DNA of 15,175 nucleotides from Kofleriaceae bacterium (GTDB taxonomy: Bacteria > Myxococcota_A > Polyangia > Haliangiales > Haliangiaceae). How positions within the stretch are numbered: the stretch's first letter is position 1; each line of letters opens with the position of its first letter. The position numbers were made by a program, and so were the translations under genes. The DNA is taken from the NCBI GenBank assembly GCA_046597055.1, contig JBKJLC010000208.1:1-15175 (forward strand), written 5' to 3'. Below are positions 7,832-15,175 of the stretch, piece after piece. The notes under the pieces are model-generated. The model was not told the origin of the DNA. It worked only from the letters and a program-made list of their open reading frames with translations, and made no database searches.

Positions 7832-10800
7832 TCACGCGCCCGGCTCGATCCATCGCCGCGCTGGTCGCGGCGCTCGTGGCCACGTCGCTCGGTGCGCCGG
7901 TCGCCCTGGCCCAGTTCAAGGATCGCCTGGTCCAGCCACCCCAGCTGGCGGGGCCCGAGCGCGGCTCGGTCAAGGGCGCGCTGGCCGGGCTCGGCTTCGC
8001 GCCCGCCGAGCTCGCGCGCGGCGGGTTTCGCCTGCCGCTACCGGTGGTGGTGCCCGACGAACGCGGGCCGCTGCAGGCTGGCGTGGTGCCGGCGTACTCG
8101 CCCGACGGCGGCCACTCCGAGTGGGGCATGGGCTGGTCGTCGGAGAGCTCCATCCGGCGGTTCCGGATCCTGGGCGAGGTCGACTTCGCGACCGACGAGC
8201 TCACCAGCCCGTGGGGCCGGCTGCGCAAGGGCACCGACGGCGCCTACTACCCGACCGGCCTGGGCGCGCCGATCCGGCTCGCGCAGGTCGATGGCGACTG
8301 GGTCGCGACCAGCTTCGATGGCACCCGGTCCCGGTTCCGCGCCGCCGACGGCGTGACCACGGCGCGCGGCACGTTCGCGTGGCAGCTCACCGAGGTCACC
8401 AGCCTGACCGGCGAGCAGACCGTGCTCGCGTGGAGCAAGAATGCGTCGGGCCGTCCGTTCCTCGATCGCGTCACCTGGGGTGGCCGCGATGGCCACGCCC
8501 AGTACGAGCTGGCCCTGGGCTACGAGCGCATGCCCGGCGTGTTCGTCGACCATGCCTCGGGCCGCGAGCTGGTCCTCGACCGGCGAGTGACGTCGATCAA
8601 GATCTCGGCGCGGGACCGCACCAGCGGTGGGTTCGTCGAGCGCTGGCGCTACCGGCTCGACTATGCGGCCGCGCCGTTCGGACCGGCGTTCTATCTGAAG
8701 ACCATCCAGCGCGTGTTCGCCGGCGGCGAGACCCAGCCGGCGATGGTCTACGAGTACGACCTCGACGCCACCCGGCTGCCGGCGGCGCGCCTCGAGCGCT
8801 ACCCGGGCCTCGACGCCGCGCTGGCCAGTCTCGGCGACGACGCCTTCCAGCCCGACCGCGCGGCCATCCACGACCTCGACGCCGACGGCCGCCCGGATCT
8901 CGAGCACGCCGCCAGCTTCACGCAGCTTCGCCACACCGATGCCGGCTGGGTGCAGTCCGCGCTGCCGCCGGCAACCGGCACCAGCAGCAAGTGCCGCCCG
9001 CCCGTCAACGTCGGCAACAAGCCGCGACTCCTGGCCCGGCTCACCGCCGATCTCGGCGAGCCCCACGTGCTGTACACCGAGCTGCGCGGCGACGGGAAGT
9101 CGCAGGTGCTGGTGTGCGATCGCCTGGGCCGCCCCCTCGTCGACCAGCTCGTGGTCGGCGACTGGCGGCTCGGCCCCAACCTGCGCCTCACCGACGTCGA
9201 CCGCGACCGCCGGCCCGACCTGGTCCGGATCACGCCCGAGGGCGTCTACATCCTGCGCAACGAGCGCGACGGGCTGGGCGTGCGCTTCGCGCCGGTGCCG
9301 CGCTTCACGTGGAGCCTGGGCTTCACGCCCGACGCGAGCTGGCTGCACGACTTCGATGGCGACGGCAACGTCGACATCGTGGCCCGCACCAGCGGTGGCC
9401 TGCGCATCTACTACGGCCTCGGCAACCGGACCTGGGCCCCGACCGGCAAGCTGTTCGCGTTCGTCACCACCTCCGGCGCCACGCTGGGCAGCCTGAACCT
9501 GTACCAGCTGACGTTCGTCGACGCGAACAAGGACGGCCTGACCGACCTGCTGCTCAGCAAGGGCCTCGACACCTGGCTGTACACCAACCGCGGCAATCGC
9601 CTGGTCGAGGTGCCCGTCGCCGGCTTCCGCCAGGTGACCTGGAGCTTCGGGCTGCCGGTGGTGGCCGACCTGACCGGCCGCGGCAACGTCGAGGTCGCGT
9701 TCGCCGCGCGGGGGACCGCGCACGTCGTGCCGCTGTCCACCCCGGGGACCGGCCTCATGGCCAGCGCCGACGACGGCATGGGCTCGGTCGCGCGCTTCGC
9801 GTACACGCGCAGCCACGCGCACCCGGGCCTCGAGCAGCGGGTGACGCTGCTCGAGACGCTCACCGTTGAGTCGTCGGGCCACGACCCCGTCGGGTATGGG
9901 TACGAATACGGCCAGCCGGTCGCGCACAGCGTGAGCCAGCAGCTCATTGGCTTCACGACCACGCGGCGCAGCTCACCGCAGCTGGTGGAGGAGGTCGAGT
10001 TCCGCAACGACGACGACGCCGGCGCGGTGGTCACCGACACCCGCAGCATCGCCAGCGACGCGGCGCTGATGCGCTTCTCCGCCACGACCTACCAGGCCGC
10101 CGACTGGGCCGGCGTGCGCTTCCTGCGCACGGTCGGCGTCACCACCGGCGTCCGCGGGCTCGACGGCACCGGTGAGGTCGCCACCCAGGTCACCTACGCC
10201 GACTTCCAGCCGTCGCCGTGCCCCACCCGCGTGGTCACCACGACCGCGACCGGGACGCTCGAGAGTCAGACCGTGCTCGCCACCGTGCCCGCGTTGGCCG
10301 GCCTGCCGCACTGCACGCCGCACGCGGTCCAGCTATGGGGTCAGCACGCCCGTCCCGAGCTCGACTTCGCGTACGGCATCGTCATCGCGCGCAACGCGCT
10401 CGGCCAGCCGATCGCGATCCGTCAGCAGGGCGCGACCGCGCAGCAGCTGCTGCAGTCGGTCGACTACGACACCGCGCACCGCCCGGTGGCGATCATCCAG
10501 CCCGGCCTGGGCACCGCGAGCCTGCGCTGGGACCCGGACACCGGCCTGCTCGCCGAGGTGGTCGCCCCGGACGGCGTGATCACCAGCACCCGCGATCGCG
10601 ATCCGGTCACCGACGGCATGCGCGAGCTGGGCATCGACCGCGGCGGCCCGCCGTGGCTCCGGTTCTTCCGGCACGACGGCCAGGAGCGGCTTTGGCGATC
10701 GTGGGACGACGTCGGGGTGGCCAGCGAGGCGCAGCCTGACGTGGAGCTGACCTACGCGTTCGCGCGCCGCGAGGGTCCCGGCCGGATCGCGGTCCGGTCG

Positions 10801-13440
10801 CTGATCGCGCCCGGCCAGTACCACGAGACCGTGGACCTCACGTCGGCCAACGGCGAGACGCTGGCCACCCTGACGCGCCGGCCGGGCGCCTGGGCGGTCG
10901 ACGGGCTCACGACGATCGACCGCAACCGGCACGAGACCCGCGGCTACTGGCGAGCCCCGCTGCCCGGCCCGACCGACCTGGCGACCCTGGACTGGGACAC
11001 GCTGCGCGGCGGCGCCACGCCGCTGGCGCTGGCGCGGACCGACGCCGACGGCCAACCGCGCTACCGCGAGGAGACCGTCGCAGACGGCGTGAGCCACCGG
11101 GTCGAGACCCGCGAGTGGCTCGACGGCGCCACCCTCGTGAGTGGCGCGGTGGAGAACGACGAGCACCTGGTCGAGGTCGGACGTGATGCCAGCGGCCAGG
11201 TGCGCTGGTCGCGCGACCAGCTCGGCGAGCTCTCGCAGTTCGAGTACGACGCGCTCGGCCGCCTGGTCGACGTCACGCTCCCCGATGGCGCCCGGCTCGC
11301 GGTGCGCTACGACGACTTCGGCCGGGTCGCCGAGGTCGCGCGGGTGGGCCTGGCCACCCTTCGCTATCAGCACGACCCGGTCACCGGCCTGGTCGTGCGC
11401 CGGAGTGTCCACGACGGCGACGGGGTCCTCGAGCGCACGGTCGACTGGTCGCGCGACGAGCTCGGGCGGATCCGCGGCGAGACCCACGCGCAGCCGCGGA
11501 CCGGTCAGAGCCGCCAGCTCACGCTGCGCTACGACGGCCAGATCGACGGCGCGCTGGTCGCCGGGCAGCGGGGCCACCTGAGCCAGGTCACCGGCGCCGA
11601 GTTCGACCGCACGATGGTCTACCAGCGCGACGGCCGTCCCCTGCGGACGCAGCTCGCGATCGCCGGCTTTCGGCGACTCGAGCAGGGGTGGACGCGCTGG
11701 GACGACGGCGCGGTCAAGGACGAGACCTGGGTGGTCCGCGACGACGACGGCCAGGAACTGTACCGGCTGGTCGAGACCCGCGTCCACGACGCCTCCGGGC
11801 GCCTGGCCGAGGTGCGCGTCGACGGCGAGACCTTCGCGACGCTGGGGTACGACGGCGAGGGTCGCGTCGCCCGGGTCGACCTGGCGACCGGCGGCGGCGT
11901 GGTCTACCACCACGACCCGGTCACCCACGCGCGGAGCGGCTACGCGATCGACGGGGGCAGCTGGCACGCCGGCGTCGACTGGCTGGTCGATGCCCGGCGC
12001 AACGTGGCCAGCGAGACCATCGGGTTCGGCGATCAGAGCTGGCTGCGCCAGCACGAGTACGACCCGCGCAACGCCCTCACGCGCTCGCACGACCGCGACG
12101 GCGAGTCGCGCTACGAGTATGGGGCGACCGGCCTGCCGACGCGGACCCACGATCTGGCGGGCGACCGGGCGATCCTCCGCGAGGCGCGGTCGATCACCGC
12201 GGGCAGCGTGCGCTACGACCTCGACGCCTCCGGGCGCGTGATCCAGCGGGGCGACCTCGAGCTGACCTGGGGCCCGACCGGCGAGATCGACCAGGCGTCA
12301 CGGGGCGGTCGCACCTGGGGCTACCTCTACGACGAGCACGGTGCGCGCATCGCCAAGCGCGAGGGCGGCGCGGTCACCGCGGCCTTCCTCGGTGGTGCGC
12401 ACCTCACCGCCGAGCGGCTGATCGTGCCGGTCACGATCGAGGGCCAGCTGGTCGGCGCATGGGTGGTGAGCGCCGACGACAAGCGGTTCGAGCTGCTGGC
12501 CACCGACCCGCGCGGCACGCTGCTCGGCGAGCACGGCGCGCCCAACCTGCCGACCGCCTACGGCGCACGATCCCAGCGACCGGAGCTGGCGCCTGCCCTC
12601 GACTACGCGGCGAGGGGATACGACGCCGACCTCGGCACCGTGCGCATGGGCGTCCGCGATTACGACCCGTCGCTGGGGCAGTTCTGGTCACCGGACCCGC
12701 TCTTCCTCGAGGCCATCGACCGCTGCGCCGCGAGCCCGATGGAGTGCAACCTGTACGGCTATGCGGCCGGAAATCCGCTGCGCTACGTGGATCCAGATGG
12801 ACGCGAAAAGGCGGCCGTCGAAGTGGCGGTCAATATCTCCCTCGTCGATGACGCCGTGTACGAGAGCGCGGATGGCACCCTGACCGCGGGCACCTACGGG
12901 GCCGGGACCTCGAACGGAAACCTGGTCGCCCATCTCGGACTCCTCTCGAAGACGTGGAAGCTGGGCAACGGGTTCGAGGCGGGCGTGCAAGTCGCCGATG
13001 CCCAGGCTTCGCTGGGCGCCGATGGCGCGCACCTGAGCCTCACCGTCGTGAACGTCCAGGTCAGCCGCGAGGTCACCCAGGGCGTCAAGGCCGGCCTCAA
13101 CCTGGGGTGGACGGCCGGCGTGGGGGTGAGCCCGGACGGCGTGGTCAGTGCCAAGGCGGCGCTGGGCCTGGGCATCAACGTCGAGGTCGATACCGCCGAG
13201 CTGTGGGCGAACATGAACGGACATGGCCACCTGATGCCGCGGGAGTACCTCGATCCCCCCGTCGAGAACCACGACGAGCCGGAGCAGGCGCGCTGGGAGG
13301 GGGGCCGCGAGGTCGACGTTCCCGAGCGCGCGTCGCCGGCCCGCCGCGCGACCTCGCGCCCGCAGGAGCCAGCGCGGAGCCGCCAGGAGCTGCGCCACCG
13401 AGCGGAGGCCCGAGACTCCGCCCGCAGCGGGACGCGGTAG
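7828..13440 (+). CDS. SpvB/FG-GAP/YD-repeat RHS protein (TcB-TcC-like fusion) with Sec signal peptide and C-terminal cargo domain, 1,870 aa
   Basis: ATG at 7828 overlaps the upstream stop (ATGA). Signal peptide MITRPARSIAALVAALVATSLGAPVALA|Q. SpvB-like GFRLPLPVVVPDERGPLQ...YSPDGGHSEWGMGW. Five FG-GAP/VCBS-type motifs (DLDADGRPDL 8872, DVDRDRRPDL 9193, DFDGDGNVDI 9349, DANKDGLTDL 9520, DLTGRGNVEV 9667). YD repeats (FEYDALGRL, RYDDFGRV, GYDGEGRV). RHS core RDYDPSLGQFWSPDP...NLYGYAAGNPLRYVDPDG ending at 12801. Confidence 0.93.
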   Translation: MITRPARSIAALVAALVATSLGAPVALAQFKDRLVQPPQLAGPERGSVKGALAGLGFAPAELARGGFRLPLPVVVPDERGPLQAGVVPAYSPDGGHSEWGMGWSSESSIRRFRILGEVDFATDELTSPWGRLRKGTDGAYYPTGLGAPIRLAQVDGDWVATSFDGTRSRFRAADGVTTARGTFAWQLTEVTSLTGEQTVLAWSKNASGRPFLDRVTWGGRDGHAQYELALGYERMPGVFVDHASGRELVLDRRVTSIKISARDRTSGGFVERWRYRLDYAAAPFGPAFYLKTIQRVFAGGETQPAMVYEYDLDATRLPAARLERYPGLDAALASLGDDAFQPDRAAIHDLDADGRPDLEHAASFTQLRHTDAGWVQSALPPATGTSSKCRPPVNVGNKPRLLARLTADLGEPHVLYTELRGDGKSQVLVCDRLGRPLVDQLVVGDWRLGPNLRLTDVDRDRRPDLVRITPEGVYILRNERDGLGVRFAPVPRFTWSLGFTPDASWLHDFDGDGNVDIVARTSGGLRIYYGLGNRTWAPTGKLFAFVTTSGATLGSLNLYQLTFVDANKDGLTDLLLSKGLDTWLYTNRGNRLVEVPVAGFRQVTWSFGLPVVADLTGRGNVEVAFAARGTAHVVPLSTPGTGLMASADDGMGSVARFAYTRSHAHPGLEQRVTLLETLTVESSGHDPVGYGYEYGQPVAHSVSQQLIGFTTTRRSSPQLVEEVEFRNDDDAGAVVTDTRSIASDAALMRFSATTYQAADWAGVRFLRTVGVTTGVRGLDGTGEVATQVTYADFQPSPCPTRVVTTTATGTLESQTVLATVPALAGLPHCTPHAVQLWGQHARPELDFAYGIVIARNALGQPIAIRQQGATAQQLLQSVDYDTAHRPVAIIQPGLGTASLRWDPDTGLLAEVVAPDGVITSTRDRDPVTDGMRELGIDRGGPPWLRFFRHDGQERLWRSWDDVGVASEAQPDVELTYAFARREGPGRIAVRSLIAPGQYHETVDLTSANGETLATLTRRPGAWAVDGLTTIDRNRHETRGYWRAPLPGPTDLATLDWDTLRGGATPLALARTDADGQPRYREETVADGVSHRVETREWLDGATLVSGAVENDEHLVEVGRDASGQVRWSRDQLGELSQFEYDALGRLVDVTLPDGARLAVRYDDFGRVAEVARVGLATLRYQHDPVTGLVVRRSVHDGDGVLERTVDWSRDELGRIRGETHAQPRTGQSRQLTLRYDGQIDGALVAGQRGHLSQVTGAEFDRTMVYQRDGRPLRTQLAIAGFRRLEQGWTRWDDGAVKDETWVVRDDDGQELYRLVETRVHDASGRLAEVRVDGETFATLGYDGEGRVARVDLATGGGVVYHHDPVTHARSGYAIDGGSWHAGVDWLVDARRNVASETIGFGDQSWLRQHEYDPRNALTRSHDRDGESRYEYGATGLPTRTHDLAGDRAILREARSITAGSVRYDLDASGRVIQRGDLELTWGPTGEIDQASRGGRTWGYLYDEHGARIAKREGGAVTAAFLGGAHLTAERLIVPVTIEGQLVGAWVVSADDKRFELLATDPRGTLLGEHGAPNLPTAYGARSQRPELAPALDYAARGYDADLGTVRMGVRDYDPSLGQFWSPDPLFLEAIDRCAASPMECNLYGYAAGNPLRYVDPDGREKAAVEVAVNISLVDDAVYESADGTLTAGTYGAGTSNGNLVAHLGLLSKTWKLGNGFEAGVQVADAQASLGADGAHLSLTVVNVQVSREVTQGVKAGLNLGWTAGVGVSPDGVVSAKAALGLGINVEVDTAELWANMNGHGHLMPREYLDPPVENHDEPEQARWEGGREVDVPERASPARRATSRPQEPARSRQELRHRAEARDSARSGTR
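12802..13440 (+). other. RHS C-terminal (hypervariable) cargo domain, ~212 aa, unrecognised
   Basis: Follows the PxxxxDPDG autocleavage motif. Gly/Ala/Val-rich alternating beta-strand pattern followed by a charged, low-complexity tail. Confidence 0.8.
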
Positions 13441-13450
13441 CCGCGGCTTG

Positions 13451-13473
13451 GGCACCGGCGGCTCGCCGGCGCC
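13451..13473. terminator. Possible GC hairpin between convergent genes
   Basis: GGC-A-CCGGCG-gct-CGCCGG-C-GCC fills most of the 33-nt gap between two stop codons. There is no U-tract, so intrinsic termination is unproven. Confidence 0.3.
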
Positions 13474-14385
13474 TCAGCGGCTGTTCAGGCGCCAGTCGTA
13501 GCGGTGGTGGCGGATGGCGTGGCCGGCCGCGAAGGCCTGGCGCAGCGCGGTCGCCTGCTCGGGCGGGTTGTGCGCGATCAGGAACCCGCGGACCCCGACG
13601 TCGCCCCCGAAGTCGCCCGCGTACCAGCGGAACAGGCGCGGGATGGTGACGGTGCGCGCCGCGTCATCGAGCTCGACCCCGGCGGTGACGAAGCCGTCGC
13701 TGACCAGGTCGAGCTGGGCGTCGAGCCGGTCGGCCTCGTACATCGCGATCGGCGGACAGCTGCGGGCGGCGCAGACCAGCGCGGCGTGGATGCGTGGATC
13801 GAGCTGCGCGACCTGGAGCGCGAGGCGGGGATCGCCAGGCGCGAACGGGCGCCGACCGGTGATCGGATGAGGTGCGTTGCGGCGCAAGATCCCGTTCTCG
13901 AGGTCGTCGAGCGTCAGCACGTGGTCGCCGACCCGGTAGGCGACCCGATCGAAGAACGCCGGCATCTCCATGACCGAGCGGCGCACCCCGAGCGCGATCA
14001 CGCCGTGGAGCGTGAGGAGGTTGTAGAGGTTGATCCAGAACGCGCTGCGCTCGGCCTCGCTCGCGAAGTCCAGCGCCGCGTTCCGGAGCGTCGCGCTCGT
14101 CGTTTGCAGGGCTGCGTAAGGCGCGCCCTCGCGCAAGCGCGCGTAGTCGACGCGGCCGTCATCGGCGAGCACCTCCGCCTGCAGGCGGCGGCGCAGCTCG
14201 CTCAGCCGCACCGTCACCGCGTCTGGGTCGCCGACCGGCGCCGCGGCGTCGTTGAGCACGCGGGGGGCGCGCAGCGCGCGCGGGCCGAACCCGCGGACCA
14301 GCTCGACCGGGCTGCGGGTGTGCACGAGGACATCGCGTGCGTCGCGGAGCGTGTCCCACAGCTTGCTGGCCATGGTCGCGAGCAT
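13474..14385 (-). CDS. DUF547 domain-containing protein, ~300 aa
   Basis: Family-typical motifs GRVDYARL, AFWINLYN, TLDDLENGILR, DPRIHAALVCAARSCPP, LFRWYAGDFG and terminal YDWRLN. The start may be ATG 14385 or 14373. Confidence 0.9.
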   Translation of the reverse strand: MLATMASKLWDTLRDARDVLVHTRSPVELVRGFGPRALRAPRVLNDAAAPVGDPDAVTVRLSELRRRLQAEVLADDGRVDYARLREGAPYAALQTTSATLRNAALDFASEAERSAFWINLYNLLTLHGVIALGVRRSVMEMPAFFDRVAYRVGDHVLTLDDLENGILRRNAPHPITGRRPFAPGDPRLALQVAQLDPRIHAALVCAARSCPPIAMYEADRLDAQLDLVSDGFVTAGVELDDAARTVTIPRLFRWYAGDFGGDVGVRGFLIAHNPPEQATALRQAFAAGHAIRHHRYDWRLNSR

Positions 14386-14404
14386 GCCCGGTCCCGGGCC
14401 GCGA

Positions 14405-14881
14405 TCACGGCAGGCTGGACAGGATCGCGTGCAGCACGTGCAGCGCGAGGTCGATCACGCCGACCACATCGGCCACGCCGTCCGCGTCACTCGTGGTCGC
14501 GGCGGCAGCCGTGGTCGCGAGCGCGGGCGCGAGCGCGGGCCCGGCCACCGGTCGGGTCGCGAACAGCACCTCCGAGAGCTCGTCGCGATCGAACCAGATG
14601 CCGTGGGTGCCGCACCGGTCGACCGGCTGACCGAGCAGGCTGCGTGCGGTCATCGGCCGGGTGCAACGCGGGCAGCCCCGGCCCGGGCCGGTGGCGACCC
14701 GGGCGTGCAGCAGCCCCTCGGGCCGGGTCCCGCCCTGGGGGATCATCGCGAGCATCATGTCGTCGAGATCCGCCATGGTGACCAGGCAGCTCCGGCACAC
14801 CGGGCACGCCAGCCGCCGGCCGGTGTCGTCGAGGGCCGCCGAGCAGCTCAGGCACGCGCGCCCAGCATCACGGTAGGCCAT
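14405..14881 (-). CDS. Tandem zinc-ribbon (zf-TFIIB-like) protein, 158 aa
   Basis: CLSC...CPVC and CPRC...VDRCGTHGIWFDRDEL, the latter typical of bacterial zf-TFIIB domains. Hydrophobic C-terminal tail. AGGAAAGG directly precedes the ATG. The 19-nt gap to the DUF547 gene suggests co-transcription. Confidence 0.82.
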   Translation of the reverse strand: MAYRDAGRACLSCSAALDDTGRRLACPVCRSCLVTMADLDDMMLAMIPQGGTRPEGLLHARVATGPGRGCPRCTRPMTARSLLGQPVDRCGTHGIWFDRDELSEVLFATRPVAGPALAPALATTAAAATTSDADGVADVVGVIDLALHVLHAILSSLP

Positions 14882-15026
14882 CCTTTCCTGGTAGGTCGTG
14901 GTTGCGACCCCGCCAGCAGGCGTGAACGGATTGCCGGCGATTGCCGAGCGCCGCGCCCGGTGGCGGCCCGCACCGGCGACGGGCTGTCGGCTCGAGGATC
15001 ACATCGCTCGCTGCGAGCAAGCGCTG

Positions 15027-15175
15027 CCGTTTCGCCGGTGGCCCTGCGCCGTCGCGGAGCGCCGTGTCGAAGGGCAGCGCTCGGGATTGATCACAAGTCT
15101 CCATGTGATCGAAAGCGCTCACCCTTTCCCGGTGGCCCTGAGCCGGCGCCGAAGGCGCCGTGTCGAAGGGCAGAG
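15027..15175. repeat. Two direct copies of a ~53-bp REP-like element
   Basis: CCGTTTCGCCGGTGGCCCTGCGCCGTCGCGGAGCGCCGTGTCGAAGGGCAGCG (15027-15079) vs CCCTTTCCCGGTGGCCCTGAGCCGGCGCCGAAGGCGCCGTGTCGAAGGGCAGAG (15122-15175). The 19-mer GCGCCGTGTCGAAGGGCAG is identical in both. Copy 2 has the internal hairpin CGGCGCC-GAA-GGCGCCG. Confidence 0.8.

Noticed and set aside
7828..13440. T6SS-delivered Rhs effector interpretation
   Set aside because: There is no PAAR or VgrG domain and no EagR chaperone or immunity gene. The N-terminus is a signal peptide plus SpvB-like and FG-GAP regions instead.
14868..15122. 84-aa ORF on the minus strand
   Set aside because: It runs through the REP-like repeat and dyad, overlaps the zinc-ribbon gene start and has no recognisable motif; the region is likely non-coding.
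15027..15175. Possible CRISPR array
   Set aside because: There are only two degenerate ~53-bp copies, the spacer is itself palindromic, and no cas genes are present. A REP-like repeat fits better, although the window edge limits certainty.

Overview
Very GC-rich bacterial window; the gene style suggests Myxococcota, but that is only an inference. From left to right it holds: (1) an apparently intact IS481-family element (224-1634) inserted at the inner edge of one arm of a ~116-bp, ~88%-identical long inverted repeat; (2) a lipoprotein V8/S1B-type serine protease on the minus strand; (3) a divergently transcribed, translationally coupled pair of very large genes; (4) convergent DUF547 and zinc-ribbon (zf-TFIIB-like) genes; (5) REP-like tandem repeats at the right edge. 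The pair encodes a ~1,480-aa Cys-rich lipoprotein with coiled coils, a Ser/Thr-rich hairpin and a TcA-like C-terminal motif, followed by a 1,870-aa SpvB/FG-GAP/YD-RHS (TcB-TcC-like) fusion. The fusion has a Sec signal peptide and a Gly/Val-rich beta-strand cargo after DPDG, and no immunity gene follows it. The best candidate for an undescribed system is this compact, Sec-exported, lipid-anchored Tc/ABC-toxin-like injection module, possibly with its own activating protease. All domain calls come from motif recognition by eye; no searches were run.
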